This document shows positions 49,080 through 58,784 of a DNA stretch of 64,000 nt, piece by piece (position 1 is the stretch's first letter; the number at the start of each line of letters is the position of its first letter). This DNA is from an uncultured Verrucomicrobiae bacterium (GTDB taxonomy: Bacteria > Verrucomicrobiota > Verrucomicrobiia > Limisphaerales > Palsa-1400): assembly GCA_963702845.1 (NCBI GenBank), contig OY969763.1, positions 2,112,001-2,176,000 of the forward strand. Reading direction: 5' to 3'. Below the pieces are notes generated by a model. It saw only the letters and a list, made by a program, of their open reading frames with translations, was not told where the DNA came from and did no database searches. Position numbers and translations under genes: made by a program.

Positions 49080-49396
49080 GTTCTTTTCTCCTTAGGATTT
49101 AGTTCACATACCATCTGACCTGGGCGGGAATCGTTCAATGGAGACGAACTGGTTTCTCGGACTAGTCATCCGCTGTAACACCCGCACAGCAAATATCGTG
49201 ATCGCTCTGGGTTGGTTCGAAAGCGGGATGCCTGATAAGCACAAGCGAACAGTGTGTCGGGGCCTGGCAAAATGCTCTATGTGTTGAAACTATATCGCCC
49301 GAGATGAGATGACGTGTAACGCTTGTCGCAAATAAATGGTCACGATTTGCTTCGCTGTTACCGTAAAAAGTAGTTGGAAATCAAAGGGGTTCCCGG

Positions 49397-50743
49397 ATGG
49401 CCTCAAATCATTTCGATCTTATCGTCATCGGCAGCGGGGAGGCAGGCGGGACTGTTGCACGTGCTTGCCGGTCCGCCGGCTGGGATGTCGCCGTGATTGA
49501 TTCGCAACCTTTTGGAGGGACTTGTCCGCTTCGTGGTTGCGATCCGAAAAAAGTGCTCGTTGGGGCTGCTCAATTGGTCGATTGGAGCAGGCGAATGAAA
49601 GGGCGCGGGGTGACCGGAGATGAAGTGATCGATTGGCCTTCACTGATGCGGTTTAAGAGGACGTTTACTGCACCTGTTTCTAAAGCGCGGGAAAAAGAGT
49701 ATGCTGATGATGGGATTGTGGCGTTGCACCGCCGGGTCAAGTTTCGTGATCAATCATCTCTCGTTGGCGATGGGGAGGTATTGACGGCGGATCATTTCGT
49801 GATAGCGGGCGGCGCGAAACCAGTCTCTCTTAAAATCCCTGGTGAAGAATTTCTGACGACCAGCACGCTATTTCTCGACCTGGACAAACTTCCAAAACAA
49901 TTAGTTTTTGTTGGCGGAGGATACATTGCTTTTGAGTTTGCCCACGTTGCGGTCCGCGCGGGCGCGGAGGTCAGGATTGTTAATCGCGGGCTACCACTCA
50001 AAGGTTTTGATCGGGATCTCGTGGACGAGCTTCTCAAGGCGACGAGAGAGGTGGGTATTGATGTCTGGAACAACGCCGTTGTTAAGACGATAGAGAAAGG
50101 ACCTGGAGGGTTGAGAGTTCAAGCGTCGACGGAAAACGGGGAGCAAGCGTTTGATGCGGAAATGGTGGTTCACGCCGCGGGGCGAGTTCCTGATATCGAT
50201 GATCTCGGTCTGGATACGGCAAACGTGGAAAGAGGGGCGAGAGGCGTTGTCGTGAATGAGTATCTGCAGAGCGTTTCGAACCCCGCTGTCTACTCGGCCG
50301 GTGATGCGGCTGCTTCGGGGCTTCCTCTGACGCCCTCGGCAATTCTCGAAGCCAACATCGTTTCGCAGAATCTGGTTCAGGGCAACAAATACAAACCCGA
50401 TTACCGAGGAATGGCGACGGTCGTCTACTCCGAGCCGCCCCTTGCGTCAGTGGGGCTCAGCATAAAAATGGCGACTGAGCAGGGACTGGAATTTGATGTC
50501 AAACAAGGTAACACATCGTCCTGGTATAATTCACGCCGGATAGGTGCTACACATGGCGCTTTTAAGGTCCTGATCGAAAAAGGGACGAACCATGTTCTCG
50601 GCGCCCACCTGCTCGGTCCGGATGTCGACGAAGTTATAAGTCTCTTCAGTATGGCAATTCGGTTTGGACTCAAAGCCTCGGAGATCAAGAAGATTCCCTT
50701 TGCCTATCCGACGCATTCTTATGATATCGGTTACATGCTTTAA
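49397..50743 (+). CDS. Class I pyridine nucleotide-disulfide oxidoreductase (glutathione-reductase-like)
   Basis: IGSGEAG, GGTCPLRGCDPKK redox cysteines, VGGGYIAFEF, YSAGD, C-terminal AYPT. Confidence 0.9.
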   Translation: MASNHFDLIVIGSGEAGGTVARACRSAGWDVAVIDSQPFGGTCPLRGCDPKKVLVGAAQLVDWSRRMKGRGVTGDEVIDWPSLMRFKRTFTAPVSKAREKEYADDGIVALHRRVKFRDQSSLVGDGEVLTADHFVIAGGAKPVSLKIPGEEFLTTSTLFLDLDKLPKQLVFVGGGYIAFEFAHVAVRAGAEVRIVNRGLPLKGFDRDLVDELLKATREVGIDVWNNAVVKTIEKGPGGLRVQASTENGEQAFDAEMVVHAAGRVPDIDDLGLDTANVERGARGVVVNEYLQSVSNPAVYSAGDAAASGLPLTPSAILEANIVSQNLVQGNKYKPDYRGMATVVYSEPPLASVGLSIKMATEQGLEFDVKQGNTSSWYNSRRIGATHGAFKVLIEKGTNHVLGAHLLGPDVDEVISLFSMAIRFGLKASEIKKIPFAYPTHSYDIGYML

Positions 50744-50747
50744 TTGA

Positions 50748-52235
50748 CTATGCAGGTCTTAGTTGAAGGCCTCGCGGGATGAGGAATCGGTCCAGAATGG
50801 AAAACAAGCCTTGGGCGGCGATGGCGATTAGTGCTGCGGGGATGGCACCTTCCAGAATTGTAGCGTGATCGTTGAGGTTTAAGCCGCTGATGATTGGTTC
50901 GCCCAGGCCGCCGGCTCCGATGAGAGCTGCAAGGGTCGCGGTGCCGATATTAATAATGGCGCTGGTTTTTATTCCGGCGAGGATGGATGGGGATGCGAGC
51001 GGAAGGAAAACTTTGAAAAGGCGCGTCCGCCATTTGAGACCCAGGACTTCCGTCGCATCTCTTATTTGCGGGGGAATATCGCGCAAGCCGGTGGCGGTGT
51101 TTCTCACGATCGGTAATAAGCCATATAAAAACAGTGCAACGATGGCGGTGATTGGGCGGATTCCGAGGAAGGGAATTGGAACGAGCAGCGCGAGTAACGC
51201 GAGAGATGGGATGGTTTGAATCAGGCCCGTTATTGTTAGGATGAGTTCACTGACGAAGCCCGGTCTGCTCGCGTAAATGCCGAGGGGAATGCCGATGGCG
51301 ATCGCGGCGGCCAATGACAGGCCGACGAGTTCGAGGTGACGGACGGTCCATCGTGCGAGCTTATGCCGCAATGGCTCGGCACGACCAACGGTGCTGGCTT
51401 GGCCGATCTGTTTGAAATAGGCGTCGGCGGCTGAGCTGTAGTCTTTGGTGCGTTCCGCAATTTCGTTGAGTTGAATCATTCGCGCTTCGTTCAATGTGCC
51501 TTCCAATTGTCGAAGGGCCTTAATTGCGATTGACGGAGTGTCGAGGCGGTAGAGGAATACAGCGCGGTATTGCGGAAAAAATTTGAGGTCGTCTGTCAAG
51601 ACAACTAAGTCGTTCTCCCCGATTTTCGCGTCGGTAGTGTACGCGTCTTTGACGTCAATCTCGCCGTTGAGCAACGCAACGTAGCCTAACGTATGATCCA
51701 CTCCTCGGACGTTCGGCATGTTTAGGCCATAGCGCTGTGCGAGTGGGCTCCAACCGTCTTGGCGCCCGAGGAATTCGTGCGTCAATCCAAGCTTGAGTTC
51801 AGGATGTTTGGAGAGATCGCTGATTTTGTGAATGGCTAGTTGATTGGCGCGGGCTCTCGTCATAACCAGGGCGTAGGTGTTGTTGAATCCGAGTTCTTCG
51901 GTAATGCCTATTCCGTATTGGGCCAATTGTTCGCGCAGCGTGGGGACTGAAGGTGCGACGTGACGTTTTAGAATTTCCTCTTGGACAGTTCCCGTGTAGT
52001 CGGGATAGGCTGCGATCGATCCCTGTCGCAACGCTTCCCATAGGATGATTGTTCCACCCATGCCCTGGTGATGTTCGACGCGAAATCCGGCTTGCTGCAG
52101 GCTGCGTTTTGCCAGTTCCGCCAACACGTACGATTCAGTGAATTTTTTTGAACCTATGACAATCACGTCATCGGCGGCATGTGCTGCGCAATTTGCGAGG
52201 AGTGACGCAACGAGCAAGGCAATCAAAAGCTTCAT
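50748..52235 (-). CDS. Betaine-type ABC transporter, fused substrate-binding protein and permease (candidate ergothioneine/hercynine carrier)
   Basis: IGSKKFTESYVL, YPDYTGT, LGFNNTYAL, DAYTTD, FFPQY; then QTIPSLALL, IGAGGLG. Confidence 0.85.
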   Translation of the reverse strand: MKLLIALLVASLLANCAAHAADDVIVIGSKKFTESYVLAELAKRSLQQAGFRVEHHQGMGGTIILWEALRQGSIAAYPDYTGTVQEEILKRHVAPSVPTLREQLAQYGIGITEELGFNNTYALVMTRARANQLAIHKISDLSKHPELKLGLTHEFLGRQDGWSPLAQRYGLNMPNVRGVDHTLGYVALLNGEIDVKDAYTTDAKIGENDLVVLTDDLKFFPQYRAVFLYRLDTPSIAIKALRQLEGTLNEARMIQLNEIAERTKDYSSAADAYFKQIGQASTVGRAEPLRHKLARWTVRHLELVGLSLAAAIAIGIPLGIYASRPGFVSELILTITGLIQTIPSLALLALLVPIPFLGIRPITAIVALFLYGLLPIVRNTATGLRDIPPQIRDATEVLGLKWRTRLFKVFLPLASPSILAGIKTSAIINIGTATLAALIGAGGLGEPIISGLNLNDHATILEGAIPAALIAIAAQGLFSILDRFLIPRGLQLRPA

Positions 52236-52966
52236 GACTGGACCCCCTCCAATTGTGCGTTAAAGAATTCGCAAACGAAGGCATCGGCTGGACAGAGCGA
52301 GAATTCAGCAAACGCACCTTGTTGAACGATTCTTCCCGATTTTAGCAACACGACAAAGTCGCCAAGTCGCGCCGCTTCCACGAGATCGTGTGTCACGAGA
52401 ATGACCGTTGTATTCAACCGCTCGAAGAGTGACTTCAAATCTCGGACGAGAGCGGCACGGACCATCGGATCGAGAGCGCCCAAAGGTTCGTCGAGCAGAA
52501 GTATATCGGGTTTCAACATCAACGCGCGCATGAGACTCACACGCCGTTGTTCGCCGCCGGAAAGCTCGACTGGATAACGGTCGAGCAACGTGTGAGGGAA
52601 TTTTGTGAGGACGCACAGTTCCTTCAGTCGCGCGGTCATACCCTGAGATGGCAGTCGTAATTCTTGCGCCACCAGCAGGATGTTTTGGCGCGCGGTAAGA
52701 TGCGGAAATAAATCACCACTTTGGATCACGTAACCCATTTGATGGCAAAATTCTGGGACCGTGTCGCGGGTAAGTTTCTTGCCGTTGATTTCGACCCAGC
52801 CAGCGGTCGGTTCGATTAATCCGGAGATGATCCGCAGGATGGTGGATTTTCCAGAACCGCTCGGACCGATCAGGACGGTTGTTTTGTGCGAGGGAATTTC
52901 GAGGTCGGTGGGTTGCAGTGCGACTTCGCTGCCAAACATCTTGCTTGTCTTGTGCAAGTGAATCAT
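52232..52966 (-). CDS. ABC transporter ATP-binding protein (OpuA/ProV-like)
   Basis: GPSGSGKST, MGYVIQ, LSGGEQRR, LLLDEP, VTHD; ATGA overlaps at both ends. Confidence 0.92.
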   Translation of the reverse strand: MIHLHKTSKMFGSEVALQPTDLEIPSHKTTVLIGPSGSGKSTILRIISGLIEPTAGWVEINGKKLTRDTVPEFCHQMGYVIQSGDLFPHLTARQNILLVAQELRLPSQGMTARLKELCVLTKFPHTLLDRYPVELSGGEQRRVSLMRALMLKPDILLLDEPLGALDPMVRAALVRDLKSLFERLNTTVILVTHDLVEAARLGDFVVLLKSGRIVQQGAFAEFSLCPADAFVCEFFNAQLEGVQS

Positions 52967-54027
52967 TGAGTGGCATTCATTGGCGGGGAAAGTGCGCGGA
53001 GTATCTGTCCAGCTTCATCCGAATCGACGAAATGCTTTCCCACGACTGCGGGAACTGTTCTGACCCGCAAATATAGTACGCTGAACAAACGATTTGGGTC
53101 TTCCCAGTTCTTCACCAATTCGAAGCCGGCACTCAATGCAATTCCAGCAAAACCGGTCACTGAATATTTGTACGAATATTCTGTGGTGATGTATTCATCA
53201 GGCTCGAAGCTGAATTCTTGTGAACCGAGGTGTACGATTTGCCGACGTGTGCTGACGAGGTGCATCTCGATTCGTCCGAGCTTTTCGTTATAGGGCGCGC
53301 GGTGGCGGAAGGAGGCGCGGTCGAAATCGGCGCCTAATTCACGGTTGGCGCGGTCGAGGATATTGAGGTTGAAGGCGGCCGTGATTCCTTTGCGGTCATT
53401 GTAGGCGGGCTCCAGGATATGTTTCTCTTTTTTTCGATCAACGCCGATCAGCAGGCCTCCGTCCCTGCCACAAAGTCGCGCGATGTTGCGTAGAAAAGAG
53501 GTGGCCGCTGTAGGCTCAAAATTGCCAATGGTAGAACCGGGGAAAAACGCGACGGTTTGCTTTGGCTTTCGGCTCGTGCTCGGGAGATGAGGAATTTGAG
53601 TGTAGTCAGCTTCCAACGGGTTGATTTCGAGGTGGGGAAAATCCGTAGCCAATTGAGCGGCTGAGTCAAAAAGCTGAGGGCCGGAGATATCGATTGGAAT
53701 GTAGCTATTAATCTTTTGAACATGAGTCAAGAGATGGCGTGTCTTGGTGCTGGTGCCGCTGCCAAATTCCACCAAACGACAACCCCAGCCGATCGAACGA
53801 GCAATTTCATGGATGTTGTCGCGCAGGATCTGGTTTTCGGTTCGCGTGGGATAATACTCCTCCAACTCGCAGATTTCGTTGAACAGACTTGAGCCCTTCT
53901 CGTCGTAGAGAAACTTGCAGGGGAGGGTCTTTTGCGGTTGGGAAAGTCCAGCTAGAGCTTCGGCTAGAAAAGCATCCTCTGAGGACGGACAGTTAATTGA
54001 CGGAGAAAGTGACATCGCGTGTTTCAT
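52963..54027 (-). CDS. egtD: L-histidine N-alpha-methyltransferase
   Basis: KTLPCKFLYDEKGS.LF.EICELEEYYPTRTE, EFGSG...KT, FPGSTIGNF, AYND..GITAAFNLN, TEYSYKY. Confidence 0.95.
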   Translation of the reverse strand: MKHAMSLSPSINCPSSEDAFLAEALAGLSQPQKTLPCKFLYDEKGSSLFNEICELEEYYPTRTENQILRDNIHEIARSIGWGCRLVEFGSGTSTKTRHLLTHVQKINSYIPIDISGPQLFDSAAQLATDFPHLEINPLEADYTQIPHLPSTSRKPKQTVAFFPGSTIGNFEPTAATSFLRNIARLCGRDGGLLIGVDRKKEKHILEPAYNDRKGITAAFNLNILDRANRELGADFDRASFRHRAPYNEKLGRIEMHLVSTRRQIVHLGSQEFSFEPDEYITTEYSYKYSVTGFAGIALSAGFELVKNWEDPNRLFSVLYLRVRTVPAVVGKHFVDSDEAGQILRALSPPMNATQ

Positions 54028-55346
54028 ACGAGATCCTTTGCCAATCTGATTCCCGTGAACTGCCATCGGGCGTCGGGTGGGAAAAAGTTTCGGTAGGTGC
54101 GACGGATATGCCATTGAGAGGTGGCGCAAGAACCGCCCCGCAGAACGTATTGGTTGCACATGAATTTGCCGTTGTACTCACCGAGCGCGCCGGGTGCAGT
54201 AGTATATCCCGGATATGGCGAGTAGCTGCTTTGTGTCCATTCCCAAACATCGCCGAACATCTGGGCGGGTTTGTCCGGCAGAGTCGGTGAAGTGAGAGGC
54301 GCTACGTGGAACTTTTCGCTTTCGACAAAATTGCCTTTGAGCGGCAATCCTGAAGAGGCGGTTTCCCATTCTTGCTCACTCGGCAAACGTGCTCCAACCC
54401 ACCGCGCGTAGGCGTCCGCTTCGAACAGACTGACGTGGCAAACGGGTTCCTCAAGGATCAATTCCGTCATGCCTGCCAGTGTCATCGTAAACCATTTGTC
54501 GTCGCGCTTTTCCCAGTAGAGTGGTGAATCCCAGTGTTTTTCGTTTACCGTATTCCATCCGAGAGAAAGCCACAGCTCTGGACGGCGATAACCGCCATCT
54601 TCGATAAACGCGAGAAACTCAGCGTTGGTGACCAACCTTGATCCAAGGCTGAAGGATGGAATGAAAACACGGTGCCGCGGACGTTCATTGTCGAAGCTGA
54701 ATTCGGAGCCTTCGTGTCCTATCGAGTAAAGGCCCTCTTGGAAATTAAACCACTGCGTTGGTGGCACGGGTGAACTCTTCACTGCAGCGCGCTTCCGAAA
54801 GACTGGCCTGAGTGGATTTTGCCAAAATACGTTTTTGATATCGGTCAACATCAACTCCTGGTGTTGCTGTTCGTGGTGCAGGCCAAGAATTACGATCGGT
54901 TCGAGCTTTTCCAGAAGATGTCCGTCGGCTGACTCAATCAATTCGGAAACGAGGAGGTCAATATCGGAGCGATAACAAAATGTCTCTTTGACCGTGGGGC
55001 GGGAAATCAGACCGCGGTGCGGGCGGGAATAAAAGGGACCGACCGCGTTGTAATAGGAATTGAATAAGAAATTGTATTGGGGATGGTTTGATTGGTAATC
55101 AGGGGAGAATCGTTTCAACACGAATGTCTCAAAAAACCAACTAGTGTGAGCGAGGTGCCATTTTGTCGGGCTGGCCTCCGGCATGGTTTGGATCACGCAA
55201 TCTTCGGGTTCCAAAGTTTCGCACAGCTTTTCTGAAAATTGTCGAACGAAACGGAACCGTCGCCCCAACTCAGACTTCGACCGTTGAATGGTTTCGTTCA
55301 CCCGGTCTGTAGCAGCAGACGGCGATGCTTCGGCAAGTGTGTTCAT
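54024..55346 (-). CDS. egtB: Ergothioneine biosynthesis sulfoxide synthase
   Basis: SPTKWHLAHTSWFFE, FNSYY, HHEQQHQEL iron ligands, FGE-sulfatase domain with GEYNGKFM, LRGGS, YRNFF...RWQF. Confidence 0.94.
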   Translation of the reverse strand: MNTLAEASPSAATDRVNETIQRSKSELGRRFRFVRQFSEKLCETLEPEDCVIQTMPEASPTKWHLAHTSWFFETFVLKRFSPDYQSNHPQYNFLFNSYYNAVGPFYSRPHRGLISRPTVKETFCYRSDIDLLVSELIESADGHLLEKLEPIVILGLHHEQQHQELMLTDIKNVFWQNPLRPVFRKRAAVKSSPVPPTQWFNFQEGLYSIGHEGSEFSFDNERPRHRVFIPSFSLGSRLVTNAEFLAFIEDGGYRRPELWLSLGWNTVNEKHWDSPLYWEKRDDKWFTMTLAGMTELILEEPVCHVSLFEADAYARWVGARLPSEQEWETASSGLPLKGNFVESEKFHVAPLTSPTLPDKPAQMFGDVWEWTQSSYSPYPGYTTAPGALGEYNGKFMCNQYVLRGGSCATSQWHIRRTYRNFFPPDARWQFTGIRLAKDLV

Positions 55347-55564
55347 TTCAGTTGTTTTTCAACGCTATTTCAAAGCTGACTTGGTGCAACCTCGACCGGA
55401 GGGCAGGGGAATCTCGCAATTGGACAGCGTGTTTTTCCTTGGGCCGATTGCTAAAACCGCCGGACCGACAACAAAAAAAGCGGACAGCGTTTTGCACACG
55501 ATTCGCGCTGAAGAATTTGTTTCAACGTCGCTTGATTAGGAAAGCGCAGTTAATCATGATCTCG

Positions 55565-56792
55565 ATGAGAATGGCCCGAATTGCGCGCAGTTTGTTTCTT
55601 AGCATTTTTGTGGCGGTCAGCCCGTTGTGGGCGGGAACGTTCGTGAATCCGATTGTCGGCGATGGCGCGGACCCGTGGGTGGTGTTTCAGAATGGCTATT
55701 ACTATTTTACCGACACAACCGGATGGGACGTGGAAATTCGACGGGCGACGAGATTGGCAGGCACAAACGGGATCGGAAACGCGGTCCTCGTGTCGTCGTT
55801 CGTGCCGCCTGCTCCGTATAACAAAGAAGTCTGGGCTCCGGAACTGCACTACATTCAAGGCGTCGCTTATATCTACTACGCAGCGGACGATGGCACTAAT
55901 GCGAATCATCGGATGTTTGCCGCAGTGCAACACGGCCAGACGTCGACGTTTGATTTTCTTGGGAAGGTTTACGACTCAACGACGGATCGGTGGGCGATTG
56001 ATGGCACAGTGTTCGAGGCTGACAATGGTGCGTTGTATTTCATTTGGTCGGGCTGGCCGGGATCGGTCGATGGCCTGCAGAATTTGTATATCGCGCCGAT
56101 GAGTAACCCGTGGACGATCAGCGGGCCGCGGGTATTGCTATCAACACCGCAGCTATCATGGGAGAGCTGGATCCAGGAAGGTCCGACGATCTTGAAACGG
56201 AACGGAAAAGTCTTCCTGGTCTATGCGGCGAACAAATCATGGACCGACAATGAATGTCTGGGAATGCTGGTCAACAGCGATGGCAATTTTCTTAAACCCA
56301 GTTCGTGGACCAAGTTGACTCAACCTGTTTTCAAGACGATCACAAGCACCAACGGGTCGGTTTACGGTCCCGGTCACTGCAGTTTCTCGCAATCGCTGGA
56401 CGGGACGGAAGACTGGATCTTTTATCATGGAGCGAAGACGAGCGGGTCGGGTTGGAGTCGGAATGTGCGCATGCAGAAATTCATGTGGGATTCCAGCGGC
56501 TACCCGAATTTCGGCCAGCCGATCCCGGCAGGTATCGCGATTAATAATCCTGCCGGCGATGATTATACAGCGGCGCTAATCAGTTCGTTCGCGGCGACTA
56601 CTAATAATCAATTTCTGATGAATGCGAGAGCGCCGCTGCCGTTGTTGACTAACAAATGGGCGATTCAATCCTCGAGCGACTTTAAGAGCTGGACCTTAAT
56701 TTCAAATGTTGCGGGGACACAGGTACACGGCGCAAATCATCGGCAGTCGCAGCGGATCGAACGTTTTTTATCGTGTCAAAAGTTTGCGATAG
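55565..56792 (+). CDS. Secreted glycoside hydrolase family 43 with C-terminal FYR-type domain (frameshift near 56722)
   Basis: GADPWV, WAPELH, WAIDGT, IQEGP, GPGHCSF, FYHG; removing one G near 56722 gives ...NVFYRVKSLR* ending at 56792. Confidence 0.85.
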
Positions 56793-56997
56793 CGGACGAC
56801 GCTTTCACGCTGTCCGCCTTGTGGAATTCAGTCATCATCGAGAGGTCGACGGACTTCGGGGATGAAGTCTGCGTCGGCTTTGGTCGCGCACATCGGCGGG
56901 TAAAGACAGATGGTGAAGCCCGGCGAGGCTGTTCAATCGAATTAACATCGACGATTAAAATCTGCTGATGACACCTGTTTGGATTTTCCGCTGTCAA

Positions 56998-57038
56998 GTG
57001 TCACAGCCTTGTCATGGCTTCGTCATAGGTTTGTCACA
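56998..57038 (+). promoter_or_regulatory. Pho-box-like array (four 11-bp-phased direct repeats)
   Basis: GTCAC 57000, GTCAT 57011, GTCAT 57022, GTCAC 57033. Confidence 0.65.
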
Positions 57039-57049
57039 ATCGTATGTAA

Positions 57050-57377
57050 TGGTTGCGTGTTCTTTCTCGAGAACCTCTTGCCGGGCGATCCATTGGTTGA
57101 TGCAAAACAGACAACGACCGATTTAGGGCAGCCGAGTAGTTCGGCGAATCGCGTTGCGGCGCGTCACTACGGCGTCGGTAATCTCACATTTGTGGATGGG
57201 CACTCGCAGGCCTACAAGGGCAAGCAAGTGGTGCAAACACAGAGCGGCCCCGGCGAAGGTGGCACAATTCTTCCACAAACCGACATTATTTGGACCCAGG
57301 ATACCGAGTTCAACGCCATAACGATTCTTAACGCAAACGAAAAAGGCGGACAGCGCTTTTACGCTATCCGCCTTTGA
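57050..57377 (+). pseudogene. C-terminal fragment of a prepilin-type H-X9-DG (DUF1559-like) protein
   Basis: RHYGVGNLTFVDGH fits H-X9-DG; no N-terminal prepilin/methylation segment upstream. Confidence 0.65.
57340..57375. terminator. Intrinsic terminator
   Basis: AAAAAGGCGGACAGCG...CGCTATCCGCCTTT downstream of the aminotransferase. Confidence 0.65.
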
Positions 57378-57392
57378 GGAATTCAGTTGCGA

Positions 57393-58739
57393 TTAAGCGG
57401 TCGCCAGTGCGAGGTCGAGGACTTCCAGGATGAAGTCGGCATCTGCCTTCGTGATGCACATCGGCGGAGCGAAGCGGATGGTGTGACCCCAGAGGCCGCC
57501 TTTGCCGAGCAACAGGCCGAGGTCGCGGGCGCGTTCGACGATCGCTCCACATTCGGCTGAAGCAGGTTCTTTGGTCGTGCGATCTTTGACGAGTTCGATA
57601 GCCGAGCATCAAACCTTTGCCGCGGACGTCGCCGATGATGTTGTGCTTCTGCTGCAGCTTTTGCGAGACCGGCGAGGATGTGGTTGCCCATGTTGAGGGC
57701 GTTTTCCTGCAGGTTTTCTTTTTCGATGACTTCGAGGACGGCTTTGCCCATCGCGCAAACGACGGGGTTGCCGCCGAAGGTGTTGAAGTGAATTCGCTTT
57801 GCGAGCACTTCGGCGATCTTCGGCGTCGTGACGACTGCGGCGAGCGGGCAGCCGTTGCCGATGCCTTTGGCCATGGTGACGATGTCAGGGATGACGCCCT
57901 GGGTTTCGAAGCCCCAGAAATGCGTGCCGGTGCGGCCGAAGCCAGCCTGGACTTCGTCGGCAATGGTGACGCCGCCTGCGGCGCGGACGTGTTCGTAAGC
58001 GTTCTTGAGGTAGCCGTCAGGGAAGACGACGCAACCGCCGACGCCTTGGATGGATTCGGCGATGAAGCCGGCGACGTTGCCCGAGGTGGCGAAGTCGATG
58101 ACGCTCTTGACGTCCGCGGCGTATTTTTTGCCGGCGTCAGGATCGTTGCGGCCGTACGGTCCGCGATAGGGATCGGGAGCGATGGCGTGATGGACGCCGA
58201 AGGCGTGCGGGAAATTAAATTTCCAGGTGCGATGCGACGTGAGGGCCATGGCGGACATGTTGCCGCCGTGGTAGCAATTGCGCAGCGCGATCATGTCGTT
58301 GTTGCCAGTGTAAAGCTTGCGCCATCATGACGGCGAGGTCGTTGGCTTCGGAACCGGAGTTGACGAAGTAGGCGACCTTCAAGTCACCGGGCATCTTCGA
58401 CGTCAGCTTTTCGGCGAACTCGACGATGTTCGGGTGCAGATAAATCGTGGTGGAATGTTGCAGGGTTTCGTTCTGCTTGTTGGCTGCGGCGACGACGTGC
58501 GGGTGGCAGTGGCCGACGCGAAATCGTGACGATGCCGCCGAGCGCGTCGAGATAGCGGCGGCCGTTTTCGTCGAAAATGTATTGGCCTTTGCCTTCGACG
58601 ATGCATCATCGGCTTCTTGTAGTAGATGAAAATGCCGGGATTGAGGACTTGTTTGCGGCGGCGCAGGACGTTCGTCAGTGCCAGGGCCGGTATATTTTTG
58701 CGGAGTGTAGTTGAACGGCGGCAGAGTGGGTGTTTGCAT
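57393..58739 (-). CDS. Class III aminotransferase, AGXT2/beta-alanine aminotransferase-like (several frameshifts)
   Basis: [69 protein letters not shown] spread over several frames. Confidence 0.88.
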
Positions 58740-58784
58740 AAATTCTCCTATTTCAAAATTTCAAAAACTGCAGATTACAAAGGT

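Noticed and set aside
49397..50743. Mercuric reductase MerA
   Set aside because: No N-terminal metal-binding domain, no C-terminal Cys-Cys pair and no mer genes
52963..55346. Selenoneine or ovothiol cluster
   Set aside because: No SenB glycosyltransferase or selenophosphate synthetase nearby, no fused C-terminal methyltransferase as in OvoA, and egtD is adjacent
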